Shown here in pieces: positions 24,534 to 38,676 of a stretch of 64,000 nucleotides of DNA. This DNA comes from Octopus sinensis. Its lineage: Eukaryota. The notes beneath the pieces are model-generated. The model made no database searches. It was given only the letters and a program-made list of their open reading frames with translations, and was not told the origin of the DNA. Numbering within the stretch: position 1 is the stretch's first letter; the number at the start of each line of letters is the position of its first letter. A program made the position numbers and the translations under genes. Location of the stretch: assembly GCF_006345805.1 (NCBI RefSeq), contig NW_021833423.1:1-64000 (forward strand), read 5' to 3'.

Positions 24534-25211
24534 TCTATAAAAGGAAGAAGGCGAACGTTGATACAAATTGGATTTTTATGTAAAAAGGGGTCTACACGGG
24601 GCTGGAAGGGGAGGAGTGGGTAACTTGAGGTGAGAAATTGATTGGGAGACGTTTTGGAGCGCTACAGTGGTTTCTTTGGGAATGCCTGCCATGGTGAGTC
24701 TACTGTCATGAGAAAGAATCACTTCAAAACTTGGTGTTTAGGAATTTTCTATTACATCAAGTTCAAAATTTGTGCCAGCCGTTAAACTGCCAGTACGTTG
24801 CTGTCCGTCGTTAAGAAGTTTTGAATGCGAGCCATAGTGAGTCTACTAACCTCAGATTCTATCCCTTCAAACTTTGGTTTCCAAAATTTTAAAATTTTTA
24901 TTCAGCTCGCAAGTTCGTCTGTCCCTTGAAGCAGACCGTTCTGTTGTCACTGCCTGATATTTATAATTGATCTTTAAAAATATTTTCTTTCTCAAATTAC
25001 TCAAGATCTTTTGTTCTTTATAAATGGGAGTGAGACAGATAAAAATAGAGAGTAAGAGAAAGCGACGGAGAGTCCGAGAGAAAGGAAGAGTAACAAAGTG
25101 GGAAAGTGAGAAAGGAGAGAGGGAGGTTGTGGCGATAAGAAACAAAAAGGAAGCAACAGAAAGTAACAACCACACACTCACCCGCACGTAGAGCGGGTCA
25201 CTTTAAGCTAG
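24534..25211 (+). mobile_element. Non-autonomous Helitron
   Basis: A|TC start at 24534; 3' hairpin ACCCGC-acgtaga-GCGGGT (25180-25198) then CTAG|T at 25208-25211; no TSD. Confidence 0.7.
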
Positions 25212-25389
25212 TCTCATTATAATACGCTTTATTCTTTTCTCTTCACTTCCTCGTTCAACATTTTCTATTTGACGTCTTAATAGATCAATTCTAGATATTA
25301 AACTTTTCATAACATAATTCTAACAACTTAACCCTTGAGATAATAATTAAATGAAAATGAATTTGATAAATATATATTTTTGAGTGTGA

Positions 25390-25525
25390 GTATATATATA
25401 TATATATAAATATATATATTGTGTGAATATACGCATGTGTAAATGTGTAAATACGTACTCAAATATATTGAAGTATAGATAGAGAAAGACAGACAGACAG
25501 AGAGACAGACAGATAGATAGATAGT

Positions 25526-25563
<38 letters not shown>

Positions 25564-25564
25564 T

Positions 25565-25651
<87 letters not shown>

Positions 25652-25715
25652 TACATATATATATATATATATATACAAATGTATAAATACATAAATATGT
25701 ATATATACATTTTAG
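25390..25715. repeat. (GATA)n/(TA)n
   Basis: Directly visible. Confidence 0.95.
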
Positions 25716-26132
25716 ATATTGACAACTAAGCGTTTACCAATCAGGTTTTCAAGATACATATCTTAACGGGGAAATCTTCAAACTGTTGACAATACTTGAT
25801 TTTAAATATGATACAATATGATGTGAACGCTGGGGCAGGAATCGAAACATATATGTAAGTTTTTGGCACCTGCCATTTCTTTTAGAGCTTTATAATTTAT
25901 AATTCATTTGTATTGTTTTTATAAAAGAACTTACACCCTCATTATATAATACAAATAAATTATTTATACATCCATAATTCTCCATCATTTTCTTTCTGTC
26001 ATCATTAACAATATGTATTACTATAATAATCCCTAATATATCGCCGAGACTTTCTCTTTAAATGATAGTGATTAACCAGTGAAATTTTTGAAGTATTTAA
26101 TCTCTAATGAGGACCTTCCATCCTAGAATTGG

Positions 26133-26170
<38 letters not shown>

Positions 26171-26897
26171 CTTTTCCGCATATATTTAAGTTTGTTTCTA
26201 CAGTGTCTTAGAAGATACAAATTAGCCATTCAAAAGCTCTCAAATCTGTTGACTTCACTTAAGCATTTATTATCTGGTATTGACATCGCTCTAATTGAAA
26301 CCTAGTCCCTAACACATTTCAACTGCGAGGTTATTTTACTTTTGTAGAATTCCCGCTGATCCCTTATAAAGTGGCAATGTTCTTTTATTTAAATCAAAGT
26401 ACTTAGGGTTTATAGTTCCTTGAATTGGAAGATGTATGCATATATGTGTGTGTGTTCACTGATAAACTTGCACTGGAATAGTGAGTGTACGTTTTACGAT
26501 AGAACAAATTTGTGTGTGTGTGTGTGTGTGTGTGTTTCTGTGTATTTGTGTTTCTGTGTGTGCGTGCTTCATTACTGCTTGTGTGTACGTGCGTATATGT
26601 ATTCCACATGCATATTTCATTGTTTGTATTTCATTGTATTCAACTAGGAACCTGCAGTGAAGAATCCCTGAAATGTTTTACAAATTTTCAAACTCCCTCT
26701 CACCAATTCCATTTGAAGAATACGAATTAGCTGGCTCTACTCTGTTTTAGCGAATACGAGCTTATCTCTGTTTTTATGTCAACATGTATTTCTGTATGTT
26801 TCTATGTACTAAAGTCTTTCTATATGTGTATCTATATTCGCGTGAATCCACACACATACACACATATTTGCATGCATGTATGTATTATGTAAGTATA

Positions 26898-27635
26898 TGA
26901 GGTCTTGTCAAAAAGTTCCCGGACTAGTTGTGTTCAATATTTACCTAAGTCTTAATACCATCTCCTTCGAAATAGTCACCTTGAGCAGCGATACACCGCT
27001 CCCAGCGTTCCTGCCACTTTTGGAATCCAGCATGGAAATCCGTAAACGAGTCGAAGATCTTCTGTGATCCGCTCTAGACCTCGACAATGGCGACGTTTCA
27101 GCTACATTTTCATCTTGAGGAAGATATAAAAGTCTGCAGGTGCTAAATCTTGCGAACAGAGCGGATTCGGAAGCGATGCCATATTGTTTTAGGGAAAAAA
27201 ACTCATGTGTGTGGAGAGCTCGGTGACAATGATGAATCCAATTTTTCACGTTCCTCAGATCCGGTCGCTTTCGCAGAATGTCCACCCTGAAATGCTTAAA
27301 AACGTCACAGTAGAACTCTCGATCGACGGTTTGGCCCTGGTGCGGGGGTTGAATTCCCGATGCACAATTCCGCGGATGTTGAAAAAGAAAAAAGAGATTA
27401 CAACTCTTACTTGAGCTGCGGGTCCGTTGCCTTCTTCGGTTGTTGAGATGAATGGTACTGCCATAGTGATGACTGCTGCTTCATTTCAGAGTCGTACCTG
27501 TAATACACCCAACGCTCTTAACCGGTGATGATTCTCGACACGAAGGATGGGTCAACAGCGGCACGGTGATGGAGATCTTGACAGATTTCAATGCAATGTT
27601 CTTTCTTCTCAGTGTTCCGCAGGCGGGGCAAAAAC

Positions 27636-27637
<2 letters not shown>
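26898..27637 (-). mobile_element. mariner relic with one TIR
   Basis: TA|TGAGGTCTTGTCAAAAGTTCCCGGACT; fragments VFFNIRGIVHREF, RKRPDL...W, DLAPADF. Confidence 0.85.
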
Positions 27638-27681
<44 letters not shown>

Positions 27682-27775
27682 TGATGATGATGATGATGAT
27701 GATTATGATGATAACAAGAAGAAGAAGAAGAAGAAGAAGAAGAAGAAGAAGAAGAAGAAGAAGAAGAAGAAGAAA
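27638..27775. repeat. (AAT)n(GAT)n(GAA)n
   Basis: Directly visible. Confidence 0.95.
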
Positions 27776-28061
27776 AGGTACTGAAGCCTATTTGAAAATG
27801 ATACCAAGCTCACCATCCCTACAGGAAGAGCAAAAAAATCGTGTTAACTGGAACGACTCATGTACTGAGAAGAGCATTATCACTGTGAAAACAACATCCA
27901 AACATGAATTTATTTGTTTATTAATTTTTTTTAAATACACATTTTACCTGTGAATTTGCGTGTGTAATCTGGGAATGCACACAATGAGCTTCTCTGCCCT
28001 ACGCGTACGGAAAACACTTGGCGAGAAATGGAAGAAAATTTGAAGAAAGGAGGAAAAAAAC

Positions 28062-28062
<1 letters not shown>
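27775..28062 (+). mobile_element. R4/Dong-like LINE 3' tip, ending in (AAT)n
   Basis: KGTEAYLKMIPSSPSLQEEQK/IVLTGTTHVLRRALSL* resembles the QK..LLGTA.ILR end motif. Confidence 0.65.
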
Positions 28063-28129
<67 letters not shown>

Positions 28130-28434
28130 TAATAATAATAATAAAGACACACCGCATGCTCAATTCAGACGTTAGGATTGCCTACACGGATACATACGAC
28201 AGACCAACAATATCAGCAATGGTGTTATTGTGCTCCAACGATCCGTATGCACAAACTGATGAATTTTCTCCACATTTCTAAAGGTGGCGCTCGTGGCAGA
28301 CTGCTCATCGTTTTCCAGGCACGTTTTTTCGCTTTTGTTACAGAATAAAGAAACTTGTTTGTTGTTGAAACATTTTAGCAGTTAAGTTGGTTTAAGTTTG
28401 GACGAATGCCATCCTAATAATACTATAAAAGTGT

Positions 28435-28821
28435 GGAGGCGCAATGGCCCAGTGGTTAGGGCAGCGGACTCGCGGTCGGAGGATTGCAGTTTCGATTCCC
28501 AGACCGGGCGTTGTGTGTGTTTATTGAGCGAAAACACCTAAAGCTCCACGAGGCTCCGGCAGGGGGTGGTAGCGACCCCTGTTGTACTCTTTCGCCTCAA
28601 CTTTCTCTCACTCCACTCTTACTTCCTATTTCTGTTGTACCTGTATTTCAAGGGGCCGGCCTTGTCACTCTCTGTGTCACGCTGAATACCCTGAGAACTA
28701 CGTTAAGGGTGCACGTGTCTGTGGAGTGCTCAGCCACTTACACGTTAATTTCACGAGCAGGCTGTTCCGTTGATTCGGATCAACCGGAACCCTCGTCGTC
28801 GTAACCGACGGAGTGCTTCCC
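28435..28821 (+). mobile_element. SINE family C, full length with TSD
   Basis: A box TGGCCCAGTGG, B box GTTTCGATTCC; 13-bp TSD ACTATAAAAGTGT at 28422-28434 and 28822-28834. Confidence 0.92.
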
Positions 28822-29224
28822 ACTATAAAAGTGTCATAAACTGATTATCACGATTTTGTTACAAGCACGAGCATAAAATTTGATATAAATATAAACACAA
28901 AGTGATGTCAGTCACATACTCATGCCATGTTAGCTGGCTCACATATTCCGTCGTACTACTGGTGTTTGATGTTGATGTTGAATATTGCTATTTGATGTTG
29001 AATATTGCTAATATTACGACGTAGAGGTAAAAAATAAATATACATCATATTTTATAAAACTAAGTTTCAAAAGTGTTTTCTTTTGCGTGCATAAAAAAAC
29101 AAAATCCAGTTACGTATCTACGCTAATACGTAGAATAAAAATGGAATAATTCAAGAGGAAAATATTCAATGAAACATCTTTTTAGATGGTATTCTAAAAT
29201 TGCCTATTTGTTAGGATGCTAATT

Positions 29225-29352
29225 ATATGTATGTATGCACATATATTCATATACATACGGGTGTGTGTGTAAACACACACATACAAGCACATACACAAAT
29301 GTATATACATGCATATATGTGTTTGTGTATGTACGTATATTATATATACTAT

Positions 29353-29408
<56 letters not shown>

Positions 29409-30343
29409 ACATATATATATAATATATGTATGTATGTATGTACATATATGTGTGTGTATACGTGTGTGTATTTGTCTCTGTGTGTGTGTGTTGATGTGAG
29501 AGTGTTATTGTGTACGTATTTCGGGTGGGAGAGCATGAGAATATTGAGGGTGTTTCTACGTGCGTGTATATATGTATGTTTTTTTTTTTTTTTTTTTGTA
29601 TATTTGTGAGTTAGACATATATCAAGAATACGTTTAGTTATAATTGCAAGAAGTAAATATCCATAACAACACCAATAATGATGACAACAACAACAACAAC
29701 AACATCTATGATCATAACAAAAAAAACACAACGAATTTAAAGAACAAAAGCACAAAATTAACAAATAATATAAAACAAATCAATATACCCCAAATAGCAA
29801 AATCAAAATCGAATCAGAAAATTCATCACGCTAAAACATTAACAACGTCAACAACAACAGCAGCTATAACAATAATAACAACAACAACAACAACAACAAG
29901 AAACAAGACACCATGATAATAACAGTAAAACAAAGTCTAGGAAATTGTCATACGTGAAGATCGGCAAGATACAATTAAAGCAAATATACTTACAACAATA
30001 AAGATCTTACATAACAACAACGATGGCGACGAAGTATTCTTCGCCGAGTTATAGCAACTACAAAACCAACAACAACAAAAACGGAATTAATATTGAATAA
30101 CGAAATAACAAAAACGATAACAATTCTAAGCATTGGACACCAATAACAACAACAACAACACAACAACAACAACAAAAATTACAATAAAAATTACAACAAC
30201 AGCAGCAACAATACATAAAACAAGTAGAAAATAACAATAACTTTTACCATTATCCAGCTATAATTTACAATTAACATCAGAATAGACTTCGCTTTCTTTA
30301 ATCTCAAATTCAATGCTTTCTTTTAGTTGCGCTTACGCTCTTG

Positions 30344-30404
<61 letters not shown>

Positions 30405-31400
30405 GTGTATGATTACCGTATGAAATTTGTCATTGTCGTATGTTGCACACAAGCATGCACACACACACACACACACACACACATTCAGGCATATCAGACG
30501 CACATACCATACACACGCAGTCATACACACACACACATATATGTATACGTATATTATATATATTATATATGTGTGTGTGTGTGTGTGTGTGAGTGTGTAT
30601 GTGTACATATATGTATACGAATGATATATATATGTGTATGTGTGAATGTATACAGATATATGTATATTTTCATAGAACTATATATATATATATATATACA
30701 TATATATATTATATATATGTATATATATATATATATATATATACTATGTATATATATATGTATATATATATATATACACACATATATATACACATATATA
30801 TATATATGTGTATATGCATGTACACATATATATATGGATATATATTTATACATGTATACATACATATACATATATACACACACATACATACATATACGTG
30901 TGTGTGTGTGTGTGTGTGTGTGCACCTATCTACGTATGTATGTATGTATTTATGTATGTATGTAGGTCTGATCAACGGTTCGTATGGCTTCTTTCAGTGT
31001 CTTAAATCTTTTCTTTATTCATTCAGAAAGTAATAAAATTTGGAAGGCAGACACACATAACAAACAATTAATATGTGGATATCAATTTAGAGTAGACTTA
31101 GAGGAAGAAATTAGCAATTCTCCGCTTATTTTCGGATTTAATAAGTTGCTGCGTTTTAAGATTGAACGTCCTCTTCTGCTAGTTGAACACACACAGATAG
31201 ACACACACACACACACAACACCATAGATATATAAACAGATACACTCAGACGCACACACATATATGTATGCACATACATATATGTGTATACATATGCACAT
31301 ATATATGCACACACATATATGTATGCGCATACATATATGTGTATACATATGTGTGTACATATGAGTGTGTGTGTGTGTATAAATGAGTATATATTCATAA
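29225..31400. repeat. Simple-repeat field: (TA)n, (TG)n, (CAA)n-rich, (TAT)n
   Basis: Directly visible. Confidence 0.9.
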
Positions 31401-31409
31401 ATTATTGTA

Positions 31410-32105
31410 AAAATTTGGCACAATGCCAGCAATTTCAGGGTAGTGGGTAAATTGATTACAGCAACCCCAGTGCTCAAATTGTATTTATTTTATTGAGACT
31501 GCAAAATGGGATGAAAGGTGGCATTTGAAGTTAGAATGTAAAGACTGATTGAATGTTGCTAACGATTCTACCAGATCACCGCCTCTATATATATATTTAT
31601 ATATTTATTTTTTTATTGCCCACAGGGAGCTAAAACATAGAGGGGACAAACAAAGACAAAGGGATTAAGTTGATAACATCGATCCCAGTGCTTAACTGGT
31701 ACATATTCTTTTCTACTCTAAGCACAAGGCCCGAAATTTTAGGGGGAGGGGGCAGTCGATTAGATCGACCCCAGTACGCAACTGGTACTTATTTAATCGA
31801 CCCCGAAAGGATAAATGTCAAAGTCCACCTCGACGGAATTTGAACTGAGAACTTAGCGGCAGACGAAATACCTATTTCTTTACTACCCACAAGAGGTTAA
31901 ACACAGAAGGGACAAACAAGGACAGAAAAACGGATTTAGTTGATTACATCGACCTCAGTGCGGAACTGGTACTTAATTTATCGACTCCGAAAGGATAAAA
32001 GGCAAAGTCGCCCTTGGCGGAATTTGAACTCAGAACATAAAGGCAGACGAAATACAGCTACGCATTTCGCCCGGCGTGCTAACGTTTCTGCCAGCTCGCC
32101 GCCTT
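31410..32105 (-). mobile_element. SINE family B, multimeric
   Basis: Reverse complement of GGCGAGCTGGCAGAAACGTTAGCACGCCGGGCGAAAT...; about 3 units. Confidence 0.85.
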
Positions 32106-32529
32106 ATATTTGTTTATATAATATATACATTCATATACATGTGTGCTTGACGGTATTTAGTTATATGTGTACATGTCTTTATATATGTATATGGATGGAT
32201 GAATGGATGGATGTACATATATATGTATGTATAACTGTGTGTGCGTTTTTGTATGTGTGTGTGTATGTGCATGTGTGTGTGTGTTAACACCCTTCCTCTG
32301 CAGATGTGCAACAGCTGAGCTCTGCCAATTGTAACTGTGTGTGTTTTCATTTTTAGCTTTGTCCCTGACGCTTGACAGTTGGTGCTGGTTTGTTTACATT
32401 CCTGTGATTTAGCGATTCGACAAATAAGTGGCCAATAAAGTAAATATCAAATTAAACTATAAGTACTGAAGTTAATTTAATCTGCTACACTTTTCAACGC
32501 TTTGCTCCATCACGGCTGCAACCCAAAGA

Positions 32530-32900
32530 GCCTGAAATAAGGCTTGCAGTTCTGCAGGTGCCAATGGAGAATGATAAAGAATTTCAGCTCTTCAGGGTGA
32601 TATTTGCAAAGAAAAGGACATATCTGGCAAGTCTCCAATTTCATGTCAGTAAAACTTGTATGACAGAGCGTTGCGTCTCTGCAGGATAATGACTGCAAAG
32701 GGATACGGATAAAGCTTTGCCCTTCTAATGGGCGGTGTTTTCAACTGGAGAACGACAGTGTTTGTAGGTCTGCAATTTGTTGTCTGTTGAGGGAGATTTC
32801 CTGTTTCGGTTCCGTACAGCTGTTGAGATACAAGATTAGCAAAAAAATTGTTTAGTAAAGTATCTGAAAGATGTGATACAGAATAGATATGACAAGAAGA
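32530..32900 (-). mobile_element. Decayed CR1/L2-group LINE fragment
   Basis: QSLSCRDATLC...KYHPEEL resembles the LSHRRxVxxL...CSEEL motif. Confidence 0.3.
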
Positions 32901-33149
32901 GATACAACTGTGTTGACTGTACAAAGGGGAATTTATTTTGCACCTTATTATTTTAGAAGAGAAAAGCTCATGTTCCTATTTATTGATGGACGAAAACATA
33001 AACGTAATTCTGTAAGGCAGTATCTGTAAAGTATTGTAAGACAAATAATTCTCTGTTACTTGGATGTTATTCTTTGTTAACTGTATGTACGTATGTCATT
33101 ATTCACTTTATTTCAAGATGTCTTGAAAGAACCGGTTTCTATCCTAGAT

Positions 33150-33563
33150 AGGCGAGCTGGCAGAATCGTTAGCACGCCGGGCGAAATGCTTAGCGGTATT
33201 TCGCATGTCTTTACTTTCCGAGTTCAAATTCCGCCGAGGTCGACTTTGCCTTTCATCCTTTCGGGGTCGATTAAATAAGTACCAGTTACGCACTGAGGTC
33301 GATATAATCGACTTAACCTGTTTGTCTGTCCTTGTTTGTCCTCTCTGTGTTTAACCCCTTGTGGATAGTAAAGAAATAGGTATTTCGTCTGCGTTACGTT
33401 GTGAATTCAAATTCCGCCGAGGCCGACTTTGCCTTTCATCCTTTCGGGGTCGATAAATTAAGTACCAGTTACGAACTGGGGTCGGTGTAATCGACTTAAT
33501 ACCTATGTCTGTTCTTGTTTGTTCCCTCTGTGTTTGGCCCCTTGTGGGTAATAAAGAAATAGG
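33150..33563 (+). mobile_element. SINE family B dimer
   Basis: Two successive TTCAAATTCCGCCGAGG..GACTTTGCCTTTCATCCTTTCGGGGTCGAT..AAAGAAATAGG units. Confidence 0.9.
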
Positions 33564-33719
33564 TTTCTATCCTAGATCCAAGTCTCCTTCATTGGAATTA
33601 CAACAACAGGGTATGTATGTATCTATGTATGCATGTATATATGTATGTGCAGATTTGTGTATTTTATGTATGTATTCTCATGCATATAGTTGCATATCTA
33701 GACATGCTCATATATGCTC

Positions 33720-35070
33720 AAATGGAAGCAGTGGTGGTGGTCGTGGTTACAGTGATGGTGGTTGCCGTGGTGGTGGCGAAGGTGGTGACATTAGTTGCAG
33801 CGGTGGTTGTGTGTGATGGTGGTGGTTGTATAGGTGATGGTTGTAGTGGTGTTGGTGTTTGTGGTGGTGGTGACATTAGTTGCAGCGGTGGACGCAGCGA
33901 TGGTGGTGATGAAAGTGTCGATGATAGTGGGAGCTTGTAGAGTGTAGCTGTCATCGTTGCCGTCATGGTGCTGCTCGTGTAGCCGTGGTGTGCGTAGAGG
34001 TAAATCTGTCGATACCAGGTGTAGGAATTTATGCTTAAGAGTGATTCTGCAATGAATGGTGACGGTGATGGTGTAGCCAGCTGTTTGTATGAGAGACCAT
34101 ACTATTACTGTTGATGATAGGGAAAATAAAATTAATGGCGGTTGTGATAGTGGTGATTGTGGTTGTCGTGGTGGCGGTGGCGGTGGTGGTGTTGTTGTTG
34201 TGAAAGGTTTTGGTGGTGCTGATGCTGGTGATGCTGGTACTGATGCTTGTGACGTTGGTGCTGATGGTTGTGATTGTGGTGGTGGTGGTGGTGGTGGTGA
34301 TCGATTTGGTGGCGTTTTGGTGGCTGTAACAGTAGCGGCGGCTGTATTGGTGTTTTTTTGTATCTGTGATGGCGCTGCTGCGGCGGCTGGTGATTTCGTG
34401 GCTATAGAGTTGGTGATGTTGCTGGTGGTGTTAGAGGTGGTAGTATTGGCAGTGACGGTGGCGGCGTCGCTGCTGTTGTTGGGTGTTGGGTGCTATGTGA
34501 GGAGGATTTTATGGACGTTTTCTTTGTTTTTTTTTTATGGTTTTTGGTTGGATAATTCCTTGAAACAGGAGAAATTGTTCCTAATTTTAAGGATTTAAGC
34601 GGATCCCAGTTGGAGAAAATAAATTCTGATGCTGCTGTGTTGTTGCTGCATAATGGCATAATGTGGCGAAATGTGGTGTAGTATGTTGCACAGTGATGTA
34701 ATATTGTCGGTCTATATATAATGTTGTATAGTATTCTCTCTCTATAGTGTGATGCAACGAAGTAGCGTGAACGTATGTTCTGCGTGTGGTGCTCTGATGT
34801 CGGATAAGGCGGTGTAATGAAATGTTCAACGCTTTATGCATTGAAATATGATGTATCGTTGCTGAGTACTGCGTGTGGAACAGCGCTGTGTACTATCGTG
34901 TTGTGTGGTATAAAGAAGAGCGGTGCGATGTGGGTATCTATCCGATGATGTAATGCATTGCAAATATAGTGAAGTGCTTTGTGGGTGTGTATGTGGTATG
35001 GTTTGGTGTAACGTTGTCCCTCATAGGGGTGGGGTTGATGTAATATGATGTAATGTGTTGTAATGCAGTT
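33720..35070. repeat. (GGT)/(GTT)/(TGTGG)-rich low-complexity region
   Basis: Degenerate tri- and pentanucleotide periodicity. Confidence 0.8.
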
Positions 35071-35479
35071 ACGGTGTGGTCGCCGAAGAAATAGTAAAAA
35101 AAAAAATGGAAAAAAAATATATTTGCCAGAAGCTAAAATTGAACGGAGATTCTTCACAAGCAGAGCTTAACGTCAACAAATTGCTGCCAGCTATATTTGG
35201 ATGTCCTAACTGCAAAGCCAGAAGGAGATAAGTACCAGAAATTGCGAAACAGATAGAGAATATATTGGAGGAATTATATGCGAGTTGGAAATATCGAAAT
35301 ATCGAGGAATCGGTTGGATAAAGCAGTTGATATCTCTCACTCTCACACGCGTGGCCCGATGCATGCATATATATATATATATAAATCCTCTTTCTTTTCT
35401 TTCCTTTCCTGAGCATCCAATAACACAGTGCTTGTTCTACGTCCTCGCGTTGTCTTTTCTTGCTTGTTCTTGTTTAGAT

Positions 35480-35483
<4 letters not shown>

Positions 35484-35525
<42 letters not shown>

Positions 35526-35553
35526 ATAATATATATATATATATATAAATATA

Positions 35554-35607
<54 letters not shown>

Positions 35608-35709
35608 ATATATATATATATAATATATATATATATATCATATATATATATATAATATATATTAAATTTGTTTATGTGACGATATATATATATATATATT
35701 TGTGTATGC

Positions 35710-35776
<67 letters not shown>

Positions 35777-36128
35777 ATACATGCATATACATATATACAC
35801 ATACATATGTATATATATATATTTATGCATATATATAGATAGGAGAGAGGGAAAGCGAGATAAAGACAGAGAGAGAGAGTTGCAAACATATATACAAACA
35901 TACATTCACGCATACATATATGTTATGGAGGAAAATAAAGAGAAAAAATAAATAAAAGAACATTGCTTTCAATCTGTACCACGCCTCTATCCTTTTAAAT
36001 GAAAGGCTGCAATGTGTTAGATATGTCCATCTCTGTGGTATGGTTGAATTGAAAGACCTTACTATTGGTATGAGAACTGTAACAGCAACAAAAACACCAC
36101 CACTACCACCAATAACAACAACAACAAC

Positions 36129-36174
<46 letters not shown>

Positions 36175-36215
36175 TTAATAATAATAATAATGATAATAAT
36201 AATGACAATAATAAT
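35484..36215. repeat. (TA)n and (AAT)n microsatellites
   Basis: Directly visible. Confidence 0.9.
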
Positions 36216-36229
36216 AGCTAGAATAGATA

Positions 36230-37160
36230 TAGACTCCGATGTAGGTAATAGTGAAGAAAGTTTATTAAAATCTGCTAGAGCCACGGCAAGACGGAAACCA
36301 AGGACATAAACGAAGTTAAAAACCATTAAAAAGAACAGAAATTATGTGATTGGCAAGAGGTGTTGCATGGTAGACTCCCAAAGATAGTTACAGCAAATAA
36401 TAGTAGTGAGACATGGTTATGGTTACAGAAAGGAAAGCTGAAGAAGGGGACAGAAAGTTTGTTAGTTACTGCACAAGATCAAACATTAAGGACTAACTGT
36501 ATAAAAGCCAAGATCGACAAAACCAAGCAGATTCCCAATGTTAATGATGCTAATCAAAAGAGGAGAGCGTTACTCATATCGTAAGTGAATGTAGCATGCT
36601 GGCATAGAAAGAATACAAGAAAATACATGATAATCTAGGGAGATTTGATTGATTGATTCTAGTTTCAGCTTATGAGCTGCGGCCATGCTGGGGCACCGCC
36701 ATATAGAATGGATTTGAACATACTGATAAATGTTGTGAATATGAACCAAGTAAAGTACTATAAAGTAAGAAATATAAGATGTGAGATTTCAACATTCAGA
36801 CTGACAGAGTAATAAAAGCTAGAAGGCCTGATTTGGTAGAAGTAGATAGAGAGAATATAAAGTGCCAGATAACTGACTTTACAGTCCTAAATGAGGAAAA
36901 TGAGAAGTATAGAAAAAATAGCAAAGTACCAGGCCATGTCTATTGAATTACAGAGACTATGGAAAGTGCGGGTAAATGTATCCCAGTAGGTATAGGTGCA
37001 TTGGGAACTATCCCTAAAGATCTGAACAGATGGATGGAGGAAGTAGGTATAAAACCCATTTAGTACAGCTGCAGATAACAGTATTATTAGGTACAGCTAG
37101 GATACTTAGGAGGTTTCTTGGCGTCTAAGGTTACTTGTTGTAACCAGATGTTGAGATTCT
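36230..37160 (+). mobile_element. R4/Dong-clade non-LTR retrotransposon 3' fragment (zinc knuckle + RLE)
   Basis: LHG..., WLQKGKLKKGTESLLVTAQDQTLRTN, HIVSEC, HDNL, DFNIQTDRVIKARRPDLV, IGALGTIPK, LLGTARILRRFL; flanked by (AAT)n. Confidence 0.9.
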
Positions 37161-37219
37161 TTTCTTTTCCAACAGTCTAATTTGTTGAGTGCATATAATA
37201 ATAATAACAACAACAGCAA

Positions 37220-37430
37220 CAATGGAATTGACATGAGAGCCGAGCAAGCCCCCAAAACGGATCTGCTGGGGTCTGCTAGGATTTTGAGAACGGTAATTGG
37301 ATGTTGAATGTCTCTCGTGATAATTAACAAGCAAATATCAAAGATTATTATGTGCGGAAAGAGGCCCTGACAGACCTTTGACAGCAGGTTGTTCTCTGCT
37401 CTCATAGAAGTTACCAGAACAAGACCGAGC
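37220..37430 (+). mobile_element. R4/Dong-like LINE 3' tip
   Basis: GIDMRAEQAPKTDLLGSARILRTVIGC* after (TAA)/(CAA) repeats. Confidence 0.65.
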
Positions 37431-37449
37431 GTTCTGTAAAGTAAAACAG

Positions 37450-37765
37450 TAATAACAGGAGCACTCAGAGAGCGCAAACCTCCGCCAAGGCAACACCAAC
37501 GTCCTCTCAGTGATTTGCCACAGATGATTTTTTAAAATGATAATATCTGAAATAAACTGAACTGTTCTCACAATCGGGAATGCTAAAAATGAACCCGACC
37601 GCTCACAAAAACTAAGTGAAAAAAAAACAGGAAAAAAATCCCAGAATCCTTGTCCGGTACCGGTTCAATCCCAAAATCTAAACAGTTCGTGCCAGTTTCG
37701 AGGCCAAACATCCCTGAAGGTTTCATCCGAATCCATCCAGCGGTTCTTCAGATATCTTGTCCTCG
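37450..37765. mobile_element. Unclassified non-autonomous element (possibly Helentron/HINE-like)
   Basis: ACCTCCGCCAAGG and TTTCATCCGAATCCATCCAGCGGTTC motifs reminiscent of such elements. Confidence 0.35.
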
Positions 37766-37782
37766 TGCCATTCAGTAAAAAT

Positions 37783-38676
37783 TTGAGCTGTGTGAATTGG
37801 TGCATTATCATCCTGAAAGATTACGTTTCCCTCCAGAAACAGTTACGCAACAATAGGAAGAATTTGATCAGATAAAATGTTAAAATAGTCATGACTATTA
37901 ATTCTGCCATGAAGGGAAAACATTGGGCTGGTGGATTTCCAAGATATAACCCCACCAGATTATATCGGTTCCTCCTCCATGTTTAACAGTTGGAAGAAGG
38001 CAGTCTGAGTCAAATACTCCTTTTGGCTGTCCCCACACGTATACTCGGCCGGTAGTCGGACATAAGGTAAAGGATGACTCGTCTTAGAAAATAACATCCT
38101 TCCTCTGCTCTAGGGACCAATTCTGTAGCTTTTTACTCCACTCTAAATGCATTGCAACCTTTGTTTTTGAAAGTAGTGGTTTTCTGATTGCTGCAACCCT
38201 CCCGTGAAATCCGGCTTTGTGCAGCTCCCAGCGAACAATTTTTGTGGAAACTGGAGTAATTTGAGGAGCTGCTATTTTGTGATCCTTTCCAACAATTCAC
38301 GTAAGATTCTGACAGTCCCTATTTGAAAGTTTTGGTTTTCTTCCGGAGTTCTGTTTGGACGAGGAGGTTTTCCCTCTTTCTCAAAAGCTGTCATTACTTT
38401 CTATACAGTACTTCTTGATATACCAAACATTTCAGCTGTTTTCGTTACGCTAGCGCCTGCCATACGAGCAGTCCGATAGATCTCCCATTTTAATGAATTT
38501 TAATTACCTTTTTCTGATGATATCTGAAAAGAAACAGCAATTTTAACAAAACATATTAAGCAACACTAATAATAAATCAAAAGACACAAAATAAGCAAGC
38601 TTTTAACGATTTAATAGTTATTTCAAAATTATGATGCTATGATGCTAGGTGTTTCCGTTATTTTGTCTAACCCCTG
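37783..38676 (-). mobile_element. Tc1-family transposon relic with 5' TIR
   Basis: TIR TA|CAGGGGTTAGACAAAATAACGGAAACACC; fragments ARMAGASVTKTAEMFGISRSTV, RKPLLSK, VIF*DESSF, PTVKHGGG. Confidence 0.9.

Noticed and set aside
26101-26137. CTAATGA-GGA..TCC-TAGAA..GCTGTA next to (TA)n
   Set aside because: Multiple core changes and no helix I; cannot be distinguished from chance
28435-28510. tRNA-like sequences with A/B boxes
   Set aside because: They are SINE heads continuing into repeat bodies, not tRNA genes
34089-34598. 169-aa Gly/Val/Ala-rich ORF
   Set aside because: Arises from (GGT)/(GCT) low-complexity DNA; no domain recognisable
35107-35335. Short frame MEKKYICQ...GCPNCKARRR* with a CxxC
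   Set aside because: Too short, no splice signals or recognisable family
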